DNA of 36,078 nucleotides, taken from NCBI GenBank assembly GCA_913052275.1, contig CAJXDX010000003.1, positions 1 through 36,078 on the forward strand, in the 5' to 3' direction. The translations under genes and the position numbers were made by a program. Below the pieces are notes generated by a model. It saw only the letters and a program-made list of their open reading frames with translations. It searched no databases and was not told the DNA's origin. Source of the DNA: an uncultured Pseudomonadota bacterium (GTDB lineage Bacteria; SAR324; NAC60-12). This document shows positions 1 to 8,268 of this stretch, piece by piece. Within the stretch, counting starts at the first letter, position 1, and each line of letters begins with the position of its first letter.

Positions 1-1
1 G

Positions 2-850
2 CTGATATTTTTTGCCAGTATGGCTTTTCTCTTAGCAGGTTGTCCTCCAAAAGAACCACCTGCACCCGATCCTACTCCGCCTGAACCTGCATGTGAGGGA
101 GAAGAATGTCCATGTGAAGGAATGGAATGTGATGAAGAAGAAGAGGAGAAGGAGAAGGTTGAAGACAAGAAGGATGATCCACCTGATCCTCCACCTCCGC
201 CACCACCTGGACCTCTTCCTTGTGATGAAGATCCAAACAGAGACGAAAGGGAGGAATGTAAGGTTGAAGACAAGGAGGATGATCCACCAAAAGGTGATGG
301 ACTAGCATTTGTAAATAGAAATGAGGCTCAACCTGTGGAAGAAGAACCTAAACAAAAAGGTGATGGACTAGCATTTGTAAAGAGAAATAAAGCTCAAGCT
401 ATAGAACAGAAAAAAGAAGAAGAGCTAATTATAGAAGAAAAAGACGCAGATGAAAGTGTCCAACCACCGAAAGCTGAAGAAATCATGATCTTGCCTCCTG
501 AAGAATCAGATGCAGCCTTCAGTGAAATGGGAATGGTTTATTTTGCCTATGACAAGAGTGAAATAACTGCCGATTTTGAGGAAGTTATCCAGAAAAATTA
601 TGAATGGATCTATCAAAATCCAGATGTCCAGATTCAACTGGAAGGCCACTGTGATGAAAGAGGTACAAACGAATACAATCTGGCTTTAGGTGAACGGAGA
701 GCAAAAGCAGTCTTTGACTACCTTGTCAGCCTCGGAGCCAATCCTTCACAGTTTACAATAGTGAGTTTTGGTGAAGAAAGGCCAGTGGCTTATGGCAGCA
801 ACGAAGCTTCCTGGCGTCAAAATCGCAGAGTAGAGTTCACCCAATTGTAA
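2..850 (+). CDS. pal: Peptidoglycan-associated lipoprotein Pal (OmpA-like C-terminal domain) with long Pro/Glu/Cys-rich N-terminal linker; probably 5'-truncated by the window edge
   Basis: Lipobox LLAG-C. C-terminal VYFAYDKS, LEGHCDERGTNEYNLALGERRAKAV, SFGEERP and NRRVEF are classic Pal motifs. The frame is open from position 2 (LIFFASMAFLLAGC), so the true start probably lies upstream. Adjacent to tolQ/tolR. Confidence 0.92.
   Translation: MIFFASMAFLLAGCPPKEPPAPDPTPPEPACEGEECPCEGMECDEEEEEKEKVEDKKDDPPDPPPPPPPGPLPCDEDPNRDEREECKVEDKEDDPPKGDGLAFVNRNEAQPVEEEPKQKGDGLAFVKRNKAQAIEQKKEEELIIEEKDADESVQPPKAEEIMILPPEESDAAFSEMGMVYFAYDKSEITADFEEVIQKNYEWIYQNPDVQIQLEGHCDERGTNEYNLALGERRAKAVFDYLVSLGANPSQFTIVSFGEERPVAYGSNEASWRQNRRVEFTQL
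155..381 (+). repeat. Two pairs of in-frame direct repeats inside the pal linker
   Basis: AAGGTTGAAGACAAG(A/G)AGGATGATCCACC at 155-183 and 260-288 (KVEDK[K/E]DDPP). AAAAGGTGATGGACTAGCATTTGTAAA at 289-315 and 355-381 (KGDGLAFV), 66 bp apart. Confidence 0.9.
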
Positions 851-893
851 ATACTTTGGAGCTACATCAGTAACTTTGATAACCCCTTGAATC

Positions 894-1622
894 ATGCTCA
901 CCGAATGGCTAGGCGAAACGAGCATAGTCGGACTGGTACTTGGTGGAAGTTTCATCGCGAAACTGGTGTTGTTCATTTTGGCTTTAATGTCGGCCCTTTC
1001 CTGGGCCGTCATAATTATAAAGGCCCTTCAGTATTTTAGTATCCGCAAACAGGATCAGAAATTCTACCGGCTTTACCTCAACGAATCCAACCTTAATCAA
1101 ATCAAAAATATATCAGCAGAATATCCCTATTCTGCTTTCTCATTCATGTTTACTGCAACCTATAAGGAAGCAGCCAGAATGATTCAGCGAATACAGCGAT
1201 CTTCCCCTGATATTTCTGAAAGCAACTCAATGCTTCCTCATCTCAGCACACAGTTGCAGCGAGTGATAGAGCAGAGTATCAATGAAAGATACTCCTTGAT
1301 TGAAAACAGATTGAATATTCTAGCAACAATATCCAGTGCTGCTCCATTTGTAGGGCTCTTTGGAACTGTCCTTGGAATTATCAACTCCTTTCAGAGCATA
1401 GGAACTACTGGCGTGACGAGCTTAGCTGCTGTTGCTCCGGGAATTTCGGAGGCACTGGTTGCCACCGCTGCAGGCTTGCTGGCCGCAATACCTGCACTTA
1501 TGGGCTACAATTATTTTCGGAATCAGTCTCGTGTCTTAACTAATACCATGCGGAATTATGGCATGGAACTTACTAATCGATTTGAATGGATTGTACATGG
1601 GAGGCTCCTGGGAAGAGAATGA
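894..1622 (+). CDS. tolQ: TolQ (MotA/TolQ/ExbB proton channel protein)
   Basis: LATISSAAPFVGLFGTVLGIINSF and SLAAVAPGISEALVATAAGLLAAIPA motifs; three TM segments; next to pal and tolR. Confidence 0.92.
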   Translation: MLTEWLGETSIVGLVLGGSFIAKLVLFILALMSALSWAVIIIKALQYFSIRKQDQKFYRLYLNESNLNQIKNISAEYPYSAFSFMFTATYKEAARMIQRIQRSSPDISESNSMLPHLSTQLQRVIEQSINERYSLIENRLNILATISSAAPFVGLFGTVLGIINSFQSIGTTGVTSLAAVAPGISEALVATAAGLLAAIPALMGYNYFRNQSRVLTNTMRNYGMELTNRFEWIVHGRLLGRE

Positions 1623-2031
1623 ACCTCTGAGTGAAATCAATGTGACGCCTTTCGTTGACGTCCTGTTGGTGCTATTAATCATCTTCATGGTAACTGCACC
1701 AATTGTCAACCATGTGATTCAAGTGGACCTCCCCGAAGACAGTTACAACAAGGACGTAATGAAACCTCTGCAGGAGCCCCTTAAATTGGTGATAGACAAA
1801 TCTGGAGTATTATATATTGGAAAAACGCGTATTGGAGATAGTGCCGAAGAAGAAAGTCAAATTGTGCTGAAGGATAGAGTACAACAATGGACCAGAGGAA
1901 AGAAACAGCCCTGGCTAGTTGATGTGGAAGCTGATGAAAAAGTTGATTACGGATCTATTGTTCCGGTAATTGCCAGGCTTAAAGAATTGGATGTAAGCAT
2001 GAACCTGGTTATTCGCCCAAAACCCAAATAA
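1597..2031 (+). CDS. tolR: TolR (ExbD/TolR family)
   Basis: SEINVTPFVDVLLVLLIIFMVTAP with the conserved Asp; later ADEKVDYG motif. The ATG at 1597 (MGGSWEENE) is more plausible than 1558 and overlaps the tolQ 3' end by 26 nt. Confidence 0.9.
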   Translation: MGGSWEENEPLSEINVTPFVDVLLVLLIIFMVTAPIVNHVIQVDLPEDSYNKDVMKPLQEPLKLVIDKSGVLYIGKTRIGDSAEEESQIVLKDRVQQWTRGKKQPWLVDVEADEKVDYGSIVPVIARLKELDVSMNLVIRPKPK

Positions 2032-2046
2032 ATCTATCTTTTCTTT

Positions 2047-2286
2047 TCAGCTGTTTTCTTTATTCGCTATAGTGGAATCTTCCTTGATAACGGTATTATC
2101 TTCTGCGTTTGCAGCAGAATTATCATCTATTTTAACCTTCTCTTCTTTATTTTTCTTCGTTGCTTTTTTGAAATTGGTTATCATTCCACCAAGTCCTTCG
2201 CCAATCAGGGGCAAGCGTTTTGCTCCAAATAAAACTACTACGATTGCTAAAACGATTAAAAGTTCCCAAACACCCAAACCAAACAT
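2047..2286 (-). CDS. tatA: Sec-independent translocase subunit TatA/TatE
   Basis: MFGLGVWELLIVLAIVVVLFGAKRLP, then G..G.....FKK amphipathic helix and a charged tail. Confidence 0.93.
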   Translation of the reverse strand: MFGLGVWELLIVLAIVVVLFGAKRLPLIGEGLGGMITNFKKATKKNKEEKVKIDDNSAANAEDNTVIKEDSTIANKENS

Positions 2287-2365
2287 TTTGAACGCTCCAT
2301 CTTTTTTTGTAATTTGTTATAAAAATATAGTAAAGTACAATAATATTACAGTCAAACTTAACCGC

Positions 2366-2397
2366 GAGATGATTGCATGATTATCATCTCATGTCAA
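2366..2397. promoter_or_regulatory. Inverted-repeat operator candidate overlapping a minus-strand TTGACA between divergent tatA and fliN
   Basis: GAGATGAT-N9-ATCATCTC (2366-2390), overlapping ATGATTATCAT (2377-2387; Fur-box-core-like); TGTCAA (= TTGACA on the minus strand) at 2392-2397. Confidence 0.4.
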
Positions 2398-2431
2398 CTT
2401 CTAAAATTCAGTTATCTTTAATATTGGAAAT

Positions 2432-2722
2432 ATGAGTGCCGAATCTTCAATACAGAACTCTTTACAGCACAAGCTGGATTTTTTGGCAGACGCACCACAA
2501 GTGATGCAGGCTGAAATTGCACGCTCTCAGGTTTCACTTTATGATGTTATGCTCTGGAAACAAGGCACCGTTGTGAAATTTGACAAAATAGTAGGCTCAA
2601 CGATTGATGTGTTAATAGGGGACCGTCTGATTGCCAGGGGAGAAGTTGTTGTTGTTAACGACCGCTATGGTGTGAGGATCAACGAAATAACTCATCCGGA
2701 TGAAAAACCTCATACAGAATGA
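2432..2722 (+). CDS. fliN: FliN/FliM C-terminal (SpoA) domain protein, flagellar switch FliN-like
   Basis: GTVVKFDKIVGSTIDVLIGDRLIARGEVVVVNDRYGVRINEI matches the FliN C-terminal signature (IARGEVVVV..yGVRI). Confidence 0.85.
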   Translation: MSAESSIQNSLQHKLDFLADAPQVMQAEIARSQVSLYDVMLWKQGTVVKFDKIVGSTIDVLIGDRLIARGEVVVVNDRYGVRINEITHPDEKPHTE

Positions 2723-2782
2723 AAATAATTCTTTGCTTTTTAAGATCAGTTTTAGGTCAAATTATCAACTCGAAAAAATTTG

Positions 2783-4063
2783 CTAGTCTTTAAAAGCCTT
2801 TCTGAACGCTGAGGCAGTTCTTTCCAGATCTTCATCTGAATGTGCAGTTGAAATAAAAAGGGATTCAAAAGCTGATGGTGGTAAATAAATGCCCTGCTTC
2901 AGCATATTCTGGAAAAATCTAGTAAACTTTTCCGTATCAGAATTAAGTGCTTCCTGGAAATTACGCACTGCATTTTCTGCAAAAAAATACCCAAACATAC
3001 CACCGATTGACTGTGTCTGAATTTGAATTCCGGCAGTCTCAGCTGCTGTTGTCAGCTCTTCACAAAGCCATGCTGTTTTTTGGCCAAGCTCAGGATATGG
3101 ATTCTGCTCTTTCAGTATTTCCAAAGTTGTTAAACCTGCTGTTACCGCAAGTGGATTTCCAGACAAAGTTCCTGCCTGATATATTGGTCCTGAAGGTGCA
3201 ACCTGAAGCATAATATCCTGGCGTCCACCGTATGCTCCTACAGGCAGACCTCCACCAATAACCTTTCCAAAAATACTTAAGTCTGGAACAATGCCAAACA
3301 GTGATTGTGCTCCTCCAAAATCAATACGAAAACCACTCATCACCTCATCAAATATCAGCAAAATTCCTTCACGATCGCATAAATCACGCAGACCTTGCAG
3401 AAATCCATGTTCCGGAGGTATCATGCCCATATTCCCTGCTACAGGTTCAAGAATAATGGCGGCGATATCCTGAGAGTTTTCTTCTGTAATTCTGATAACA
3501 GAGTCCAGATCGTTGAATTTAGCCTGAAGTGTATGTTCGACAAAAGAAACTGGAACTCCCGGAGAGTCTGGAATTCCTAATGTCATTGCTCCGGAACCTG
3601 CCTTTACAAGAAGAGGGTCAACGCTGCCGTGATAGCAGCCCTCAAATTTAATTATTTTATCACGTTTAGTATAACCGCGAGCCAAACGCAGAACTGCCAT
3701 TGCTGCTTCTGAACCGGAATTTACCAGGCGAATCATTTCCACACTGGGTACAGCTTCACATATCATTTCAGCTAACAAAATCTCACCTTCAGTTGGCGCA
3801 CCAAAAGAAGTGCCATTGTCCAGAGTTTCTTTAAGTTTGCTGACTACTTCCGGGTTGGCGTGTCCAAGAATCATTGGCCCCCACGAACCCACGTAGTCAA
3901 TATATTCGTTTCCATCCTTGTCAAAGAGTTTTGATCCCTGGCCCCTTGTAATGAATAAGGGAGTCATATTCACAGATTTAAAAGCACGGACAGGACTGTT
4001 TACTCCTCCAGGAAGTCTTTGCTGGGCTAGAGAAAATAACTTTGTAGATTGTGTGATCTGCAT
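2783..4063 (-). CDS. hemL: Glutamate-1-semialdehyde 2,1-aminomutase
   Basis: PGGVNSPVRAF, YIDYVGSWGPMILGH, FDEVMSGFR, GKVIGGGLPVGAYGG (PLP Lys), YQAGTLSGNP; 426 aa. Confidence 0.97.
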   Translation of the reverse strand: MQITQSTKLFSLAQQRLPGGVNSPVRAFKSVNMTPLFITRGQGSKLFDKDGNEYIDYVGSWGPMILGHANPEVVSKLKETLDNGTSFGAPTEGEILLAEMICEAVPSVEMIRLVNSGSEAAMAVLRLARGYTKRDKIIKFEGCYHGSVDPLLVKAGSGAMTLGIPDSPGVPVSFVEHTLQAKFNDLDSVIRITEENSQDIAAIILEPVAGNMGMIPPEHGFLQGLRDLCDREGILLIFDEVMSGFRIDFGGAQSLFGIVPDLSIFGKVIGGGLPVGAYGGRQDIMLQVAPSGPIYQAGTLSGNPLAVTAGLTTLEILKEQNPYPELGQKTAWLCEELTTAAETAGIQIQTQSIGGMFGYFFAENAVRNFQEALNSDTEKFTRFFQNMLKQGIYLPPSAFESLFISTAHSDEDLERTASAFRKAFKD

Positions 4064-4192
4064 GAAGGTTGCACTTATTGTAAAGAAGAGTTTTTCAAGA
4101 GTTGATTAATTTTGTTGTATAAATGAGGCTTTCTTAAACTGGTAGTTTGTAGAACGAGCAGAATGTTGTCAAGACTTCACTAAAGAAAATTA

Positions 4193-4510
4193 ATGCGCAG
4201 CATACTTCTTTTAATTCTGTTTAGCTTAATTTTGATCATAGGCTGTGCCACGGTTCAGCAGAACTACCAAACATTTTATGATCCTGAATACAAGGTAATA
4301 GATCGTGGGGAGCTTGATGTCAAAGTATTAAGCCGTGCATGTTCAGGCACATTTGAGGACGCGTTGTCTGCAGCAAAGAATAACGGGAAATTTCACCTGC
4401 GCAGTGTTGTTGGGAATCAAAACCATAGGATAAAATATAAGGAAGTTCGCAGCTACAACAAACAGGACAAAATCTGTGTGGAAATGAGTGCATCATCTTT
4501 TCCTCCTTAA
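4193..4510 (+). CDS. Small hypothetical lipoprotein
   Basis: Signal peptide MRSILLLILFSLILIIG-C (lipobox IIGC); two further Cys; 105 aa. Confidence 0.7.
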   Translation: MRSILLLILFSLILIIGCATVQQNYQTFYDPEYKVIDRGELDVKVLSRACSGTFEDALSAAKNNGKFHLRSVVGNQNHRIKYKEVRSYNKQDKICVEMSASSFPP

Positions 4511-4597
4511 TATCAAAATCTAATACCAGGGAAGCTGATCTTTGATTTCTTGATTTTTTGTAAAGTCATCGATAAAGTAAAATATCATTCTCTGAAC

Positions 4598-4614
4598 TTG
4601 GCAGTTTTCTTGTT
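4598..4614 (+). promoter_or_regulatory. Sigma54-like -24/-12 element upstream of lon
   Basis: TTGGCAG-TTTTC-TTGTT: GG-N10-GT spacing (the canonical -12 is GC), about 95 nt upstream of the lon ATG. Confidence 0.3.
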
Positions 4615-4709
4615 TATGTAATAATATTACAAAAAGCAGGCATTTTCATTTTGATCACAGTACAAGAATTATCATTTTCTTAAACACATAGTCAAATTCA
4701 AGGTAGTTC

Positions 4710-7172
4710 ATGCCCGGAGAAGTCCAAGACAAATCTACTGCTCCAAAACAGTTAGCTCTTCCAATGTTGCCAATGAGAGATATTGTGGTGTTCCCCCACA
4801 TGACTGCACCATTTTTCATTGGGCGTACACTCTCAATAGCCTCTCTGGAAAAAGCCCTTGCGGGAGACAGGCAAATTTTTGTTGTTGCTCAAGAGGATCC
4901 ACTGGTTGAAGAGCCTGAAGCAAAGGATTTGTTTCGTGTAGGCACTATTGGCCAGGTCCTGCAGATCATGCGACTCCACAATGGAACCATTAAAGCTTTG
5001 TTTGAGGCAAAAACAAGGGGACGTCTGATTGAGGCGCATATGGAAGAACCACATTTTGCCGCAGTTGTGGAACCAATTCCTGAAAATGTTTCAAGGGCAC
5101 CCGAATTGATTGCTCTCAGCAAAAATGTTCGTACCGAGTTCAAGCGTTATCTTAAGGACGTCAAGCGCCGTACTGAGGGAATTGAAAAATTGTCCATAGA
5201 CTCAGACGAACCGCTTATCCTTGCCGACAGAATTGCTCCGCTTTTAAACATGGAATTGAGAAAGAAGCAGGATTTGCTGGAAAATGCTGATCCAAAAAAA
5301 CGTCTGGAAATAGTCTACGGACGAATGCTTGAGGAAAAAGAATTTAAAAAAGTAGAAAGGAAACTGAAGGAAAGAGTTCAGGGACAGATTGGAAGGACTC
5401 AAAAAGAATATTACCTCAATGAACAAGTCAAGGCTATTCAAAAAGAGTTGGGGCATGGGGAAGACGGCAAAGCAGAAATGGAAGAGTATGCTAAAAAGAT
5501 TGAGGAGGTTAAGCTTTCAGCTGAAGCCAAAGAAATGGCGGAAAAAGAACTGAAAAAACTCAAAATGATGCCTTCCATGTCATCTGAAGCAAACGTGGTA
5601 CGCAACTATCTTGACTGGTTGATTTGTATGCCATGGGACGAAAAGACTGAAGATAATTTTGACTTGGGAAAAGCCGAAAAAGTTTTGGATGCGCGGCATT
5701 ATGGTTTGGAAAAAGTAAAAGAACGTATTATTGAGTATCTTGCAGTCGCACAGCAGGTGGGGAAAATGAAAGGACCGATTATTTGTCTGGTAGGACCGCC
5801 TGGTGTAGGCAAAACATCTCTTGCTCGCTCTGTTGCAGAAGCGTTAGGAAGAAAATTTGCCCATGTAAGTCTTGGAGGGGTACGTGACGAAGCTGAAATC
5901 AGAGGACACCGCAGAACTTACATTGGTGCTATGCCCGGGAAAGTGATTCAGTCTCTGCGCAAAGTGAAATATAAAAATCCACTGCTGCTCTTTGATGAAA
6001 TTGACAAAATGACTTATGGGGTGATGGGAGACCCAGCTGCAGCCCTGCTTGAAGTACTTGACCCTGAACAAAACCACACTTTCATGGATCATTATTTAGA
6101 AGTAGAGTTTGATGTCTCGGATGTACTGTTTTTTTGCACTGCAAATGTTGCGCAGAACATTCCACCAGCGCTAAAAGATCGAATGGAAGTTATCATGCTT
6201 TCAGGCTACACAGAGTTGGAAAAAGAACATATTGCTCGTGAACATCTGCTTCCAAAACAAATGGATGAAAATGGTCTCACAGTTAAAAAGATTCAGTTTC
6301 AGCAAAAAGCTATCCTTGACATTATTCGCAGTTATACCAGAGAAGCCGGAGTCAGGAACCTGGAAAGGGAGATCGCAAAAACATGTCGTAAGGTTGCAAC
6401 ACAACTGGTTAAGAAGACAAATCTCAGCAAAGTAGTGGTTACATCAAAACGTGTACAGAAATTCTTGGGAGTACCACGTTACAAACATGCAAAAGCTGAA
6501 GAACAAAACGAAATTGGCACTACATGTGGATTGGCATGGACACAGGCAGGCGGGGAACTCCTTGTTACCGAAGTGAATATCATGAAAGGTACGGGAAAGT
6601 TACAGTTGACCGGAAAGCTTGGAGATGTGATGAAAGAATCAGCACAGGCTGCGCTGAGTTATGTGCGAACGAATGCAAACAGGCTGGGAATTTTTTCTTC
6701 AGTATTTGAAAAAACAGATATTCACATTCACGTACCGGCAGGAGCTGTACCCAAAGACGGTCCCTCTGCCGGGGTTACAATAGCGACTTCTTTGGTCAGT
6801 GCATTTACCAGTATCCCGGTTAGGAATGAAGTTGCTATGACCGGAGAAACAACTTTGCGGGGCAAGGTACTGGCAATAGGAGGATTAAAAGAAAAACTTC
6901 TTGCTGCAAAACGAGGTGTCATTTCCACTGTAATTATTCCGGATAAAAACAAGAAAGATCTTAGTGAAATTCCGGAAGAAATCCAGAATGGGCTGGAAAT
7001 AATCCCGGTAAATACAGTGGAAGAAGTATTAAATATATCACTTGAGCGTTTCCCCAGCCCGGTAATTGATCCTGTATCTGAAGATGAAGAAGGTTCCAAT
7101 AAAGAAAGTCCGGGAGCAACCATCTTACCTGAAACTGAATCCTCAGATTCCCCCAGAACTTATGATGCATAA
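4710..7172 (+). CDS. lon: ATP-dependent protease La (LonA)
   Basis: N-domain LPMRDIVVFP, Walker A GPPGVGKTS, RRTYIGAMPG, Walker B LLFDEIDK, catalytic PKDGPSAG Ser and IGGLKEK Lys. Confidence 0.98.
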   Translation: MPGEVQDKSTAPKQLALPMLPMRDIVVFPHMTAPFFIGRTLSIASLEKALAGDRQIFVVAQEDPLVEEPEAKDLFRVGTIGQVLQIMRLHNGTIKALFEAKTRGRLIEAHMEEPHFAAVVEPIPENVSRAPELIALSKNVRTEFKRYLKDVKRRTEGIEKLSIDSDEPLILADRIAPLLNMELRKKQDLLENADPKKRLEIVYGRMLEEKEFKKVERKLKERVQGQIGRTQKEYYLNEQVKAIQKELGHGEDGKAEMEEYAKKIEEVKLSAEAKEMAEKELKKLKMMPSMSSEANVVRNYLDWLICMPWDEKTEDNFDLGKAEKVLDARHYGLEKVKERIIEYLAVAQQVGKMKGPIICLVGPPGVGKTSLARSVAEALGRKFAHVSLGGVRDEAEIRGHRRTYIGAMPGKVIQSLRKVKYKNPLLLFDEIDKMTYGVMGDPAAALLEVLDPEQNHTFMDHYLEVEFDVSDVLFFCTANVAQNIPPALKDRMEVIMLSGYTELEKEHIAREHLLPKQMDENGLTVKKIQFQQKAILDIIRSYTREAGVRNLEREIAKTCRKVATQLVKKTNLSKVVVTSKRVQKFLGVPRYKHAKAEEQNEIGTTCGLAWTQAGGELLVTEVNIMKGTGKLQLTGKLGDVMKESAQAALSYVRTNANRLGIFSSVFEKTDIHIHVPAGAVPKDGPSAGVTIATSLVSAFTSIPVRNEVAMTGETTLRGKVLAIGGLKEKLLAAKRGVISTVIIPDKNKKDLSEIPEEIQNGLEIIPVNTVEEVLNISLERFPSPVIDPVSEDEEGSNKESPGATILPETESSDSPRTYDA

Positions 7173-7296
7173 AGTTGATGCAGCAGGTTTGACAGATGAA
7201 TCTCAGTTATTCCTGCCGACATCACAAGTAAAATTATGTTGGAGTGTAAAACTGCTGACTTATGCATGCAGTTTTAACTGCAAAGTTATTTAAAAA

Positions 7297-7749
7297 ATGC
7301 CCGTGTTTGATGATATGGAATTGAGCAGTTCTGATGTGGAACTGATTGCTGAGATTAATGATGCACTTGTGCGATTTGTCAAATCTGAAGAGACTCATCT
7401 GCAACTGGAACCTATGAATTCATTTCGCAGACGAATGGTTCATAAAATAGGTACAAAATACAAACTAACTTCTGAATCAACAGGAGAAGGAATAAATCGT
7501 TCAGTTAGTCTGAGGAAAACAGAACTTACAGAAATCCCGGAAAATATAATACAAAATAATGTTATTGATCGGGGAATAGAAATATTTTACGCAAAGCCGG
7601 GGACAGAAATTGTTTTGAGAAAAGACGGCAGCTTCGGTATAGCGCTTAATGAGCGGGAACCCCGGATTCTGGACAGACGTCCTGTTGAAGATGGAGAATT
7701 CCGCATACGTCAAAATAAAATTGTATGCAGGCATGACAGCAACTGGTAA
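7297..7749 (+). CDS. R3H-domain single-stranded nucleic-acid-binding protein with an unrecognised C-terminal domain
   Basis: LEPMNSFRRRMVHKIG..YKLTSESTGEG..RSV is the R3H signature (RxxxH). Confidence 0.8.
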   Translation: MPVFDDMELSSSDVELIAEINDALVRFVKSEETHLQLEPMNSFRRRMVHKIGTKYKLTSESTGEGINRSVSLRKTELTEIPENIIQNNVIDRGIEIFYAKPGTEIVLRKDGSFGIALNEREPRILDRRPVEDGEFRIRQNKIVCRHDSNW

Positions 7750-7988
7750 GAACCGGGGATTCTTTCCAAATTGTATCTTTCCTTAATCTAACGTACTCCT
7801 TCCTTCCAAATGTAAATATTAGATTTTGTGAATGATTGTCCATTTGCGAATTACATAAAAAATTCACATAACTTCTGAAAAACATTAAATAGCTGATTTT
7901 AAATTCAGACTGTTCAAAACTGCTTATGTTAATAATCATTTGAATGTCTGAACTTTGAAAAAACTTAAATAAAGTACTTTAACCGGTC

Positions 7989-8258
7989 ATGATTTGGACA
8001 TTCGCTGTAATTGTTATCTTGGGGTCAGTAGGAGTGATCTCTTATCCACTGTTCAGGAGCAAACTCCAGAAATATGAGATTCCTGAAAATTATCAACTGG
8101 ATTCCAGTCAAGCTGATTTTTGCCTGACCGCGTTATCTGATTTGGAGGATGATTATGCTCTTGGGCGTTTGTCTGAATCAGATTATCATCAGCAAAAAAT
8201 TTTTCTTCAAAGAAACTATCTTAAACTGCAGAAAAAAGAAGCAGTGAATGAAGATTGA
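7989..8258 (+). CDS. Small membrane-anchored hypothetical protein (CcmI/CycH N-terminal-like motif)
   Basis: N-terminal TM ending in YPLFR, then LSDLEDDYALGRLSESDY, resembling the L.eLe.d...G.i...ey motif. Confidence 0.55.
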   Translation: MIWTFAVIVILGSVGVISYPLFRSKLQKYEIPENYQLDSSQADFCLTALSDLEDDYALGRLSESDYHQQKIFLQRNYLKLQKKEAVNED

Positions 8259-8268
8259 CAGTTATTTT

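Noticed and set aside
155-400. Direct repeats of 27-29 bp as a possible CRISPR array
   Set aside because: Only two copies of each unit, in frame within pal, and no cas genes nearby.
1558-1596. Longer tolR start from the ORF track
   Set aside because: It creates a 65-nt overlap with tolQ; the ATG at 1597 gives a typical TolR N-terminus.
4511-4709. CIRCE or sigma32 heat-shock element upstream of lon
   Set aside because: No TTAGCACTC-N9-GAGTGCTAA and no convincing CTTGAA/CCCCAT pair.
7066-7293. 75-aa ORF bridging lon and the R3H gene
   Set aside because: Half of it overlaps lon in another frame, with no RBS or motif.
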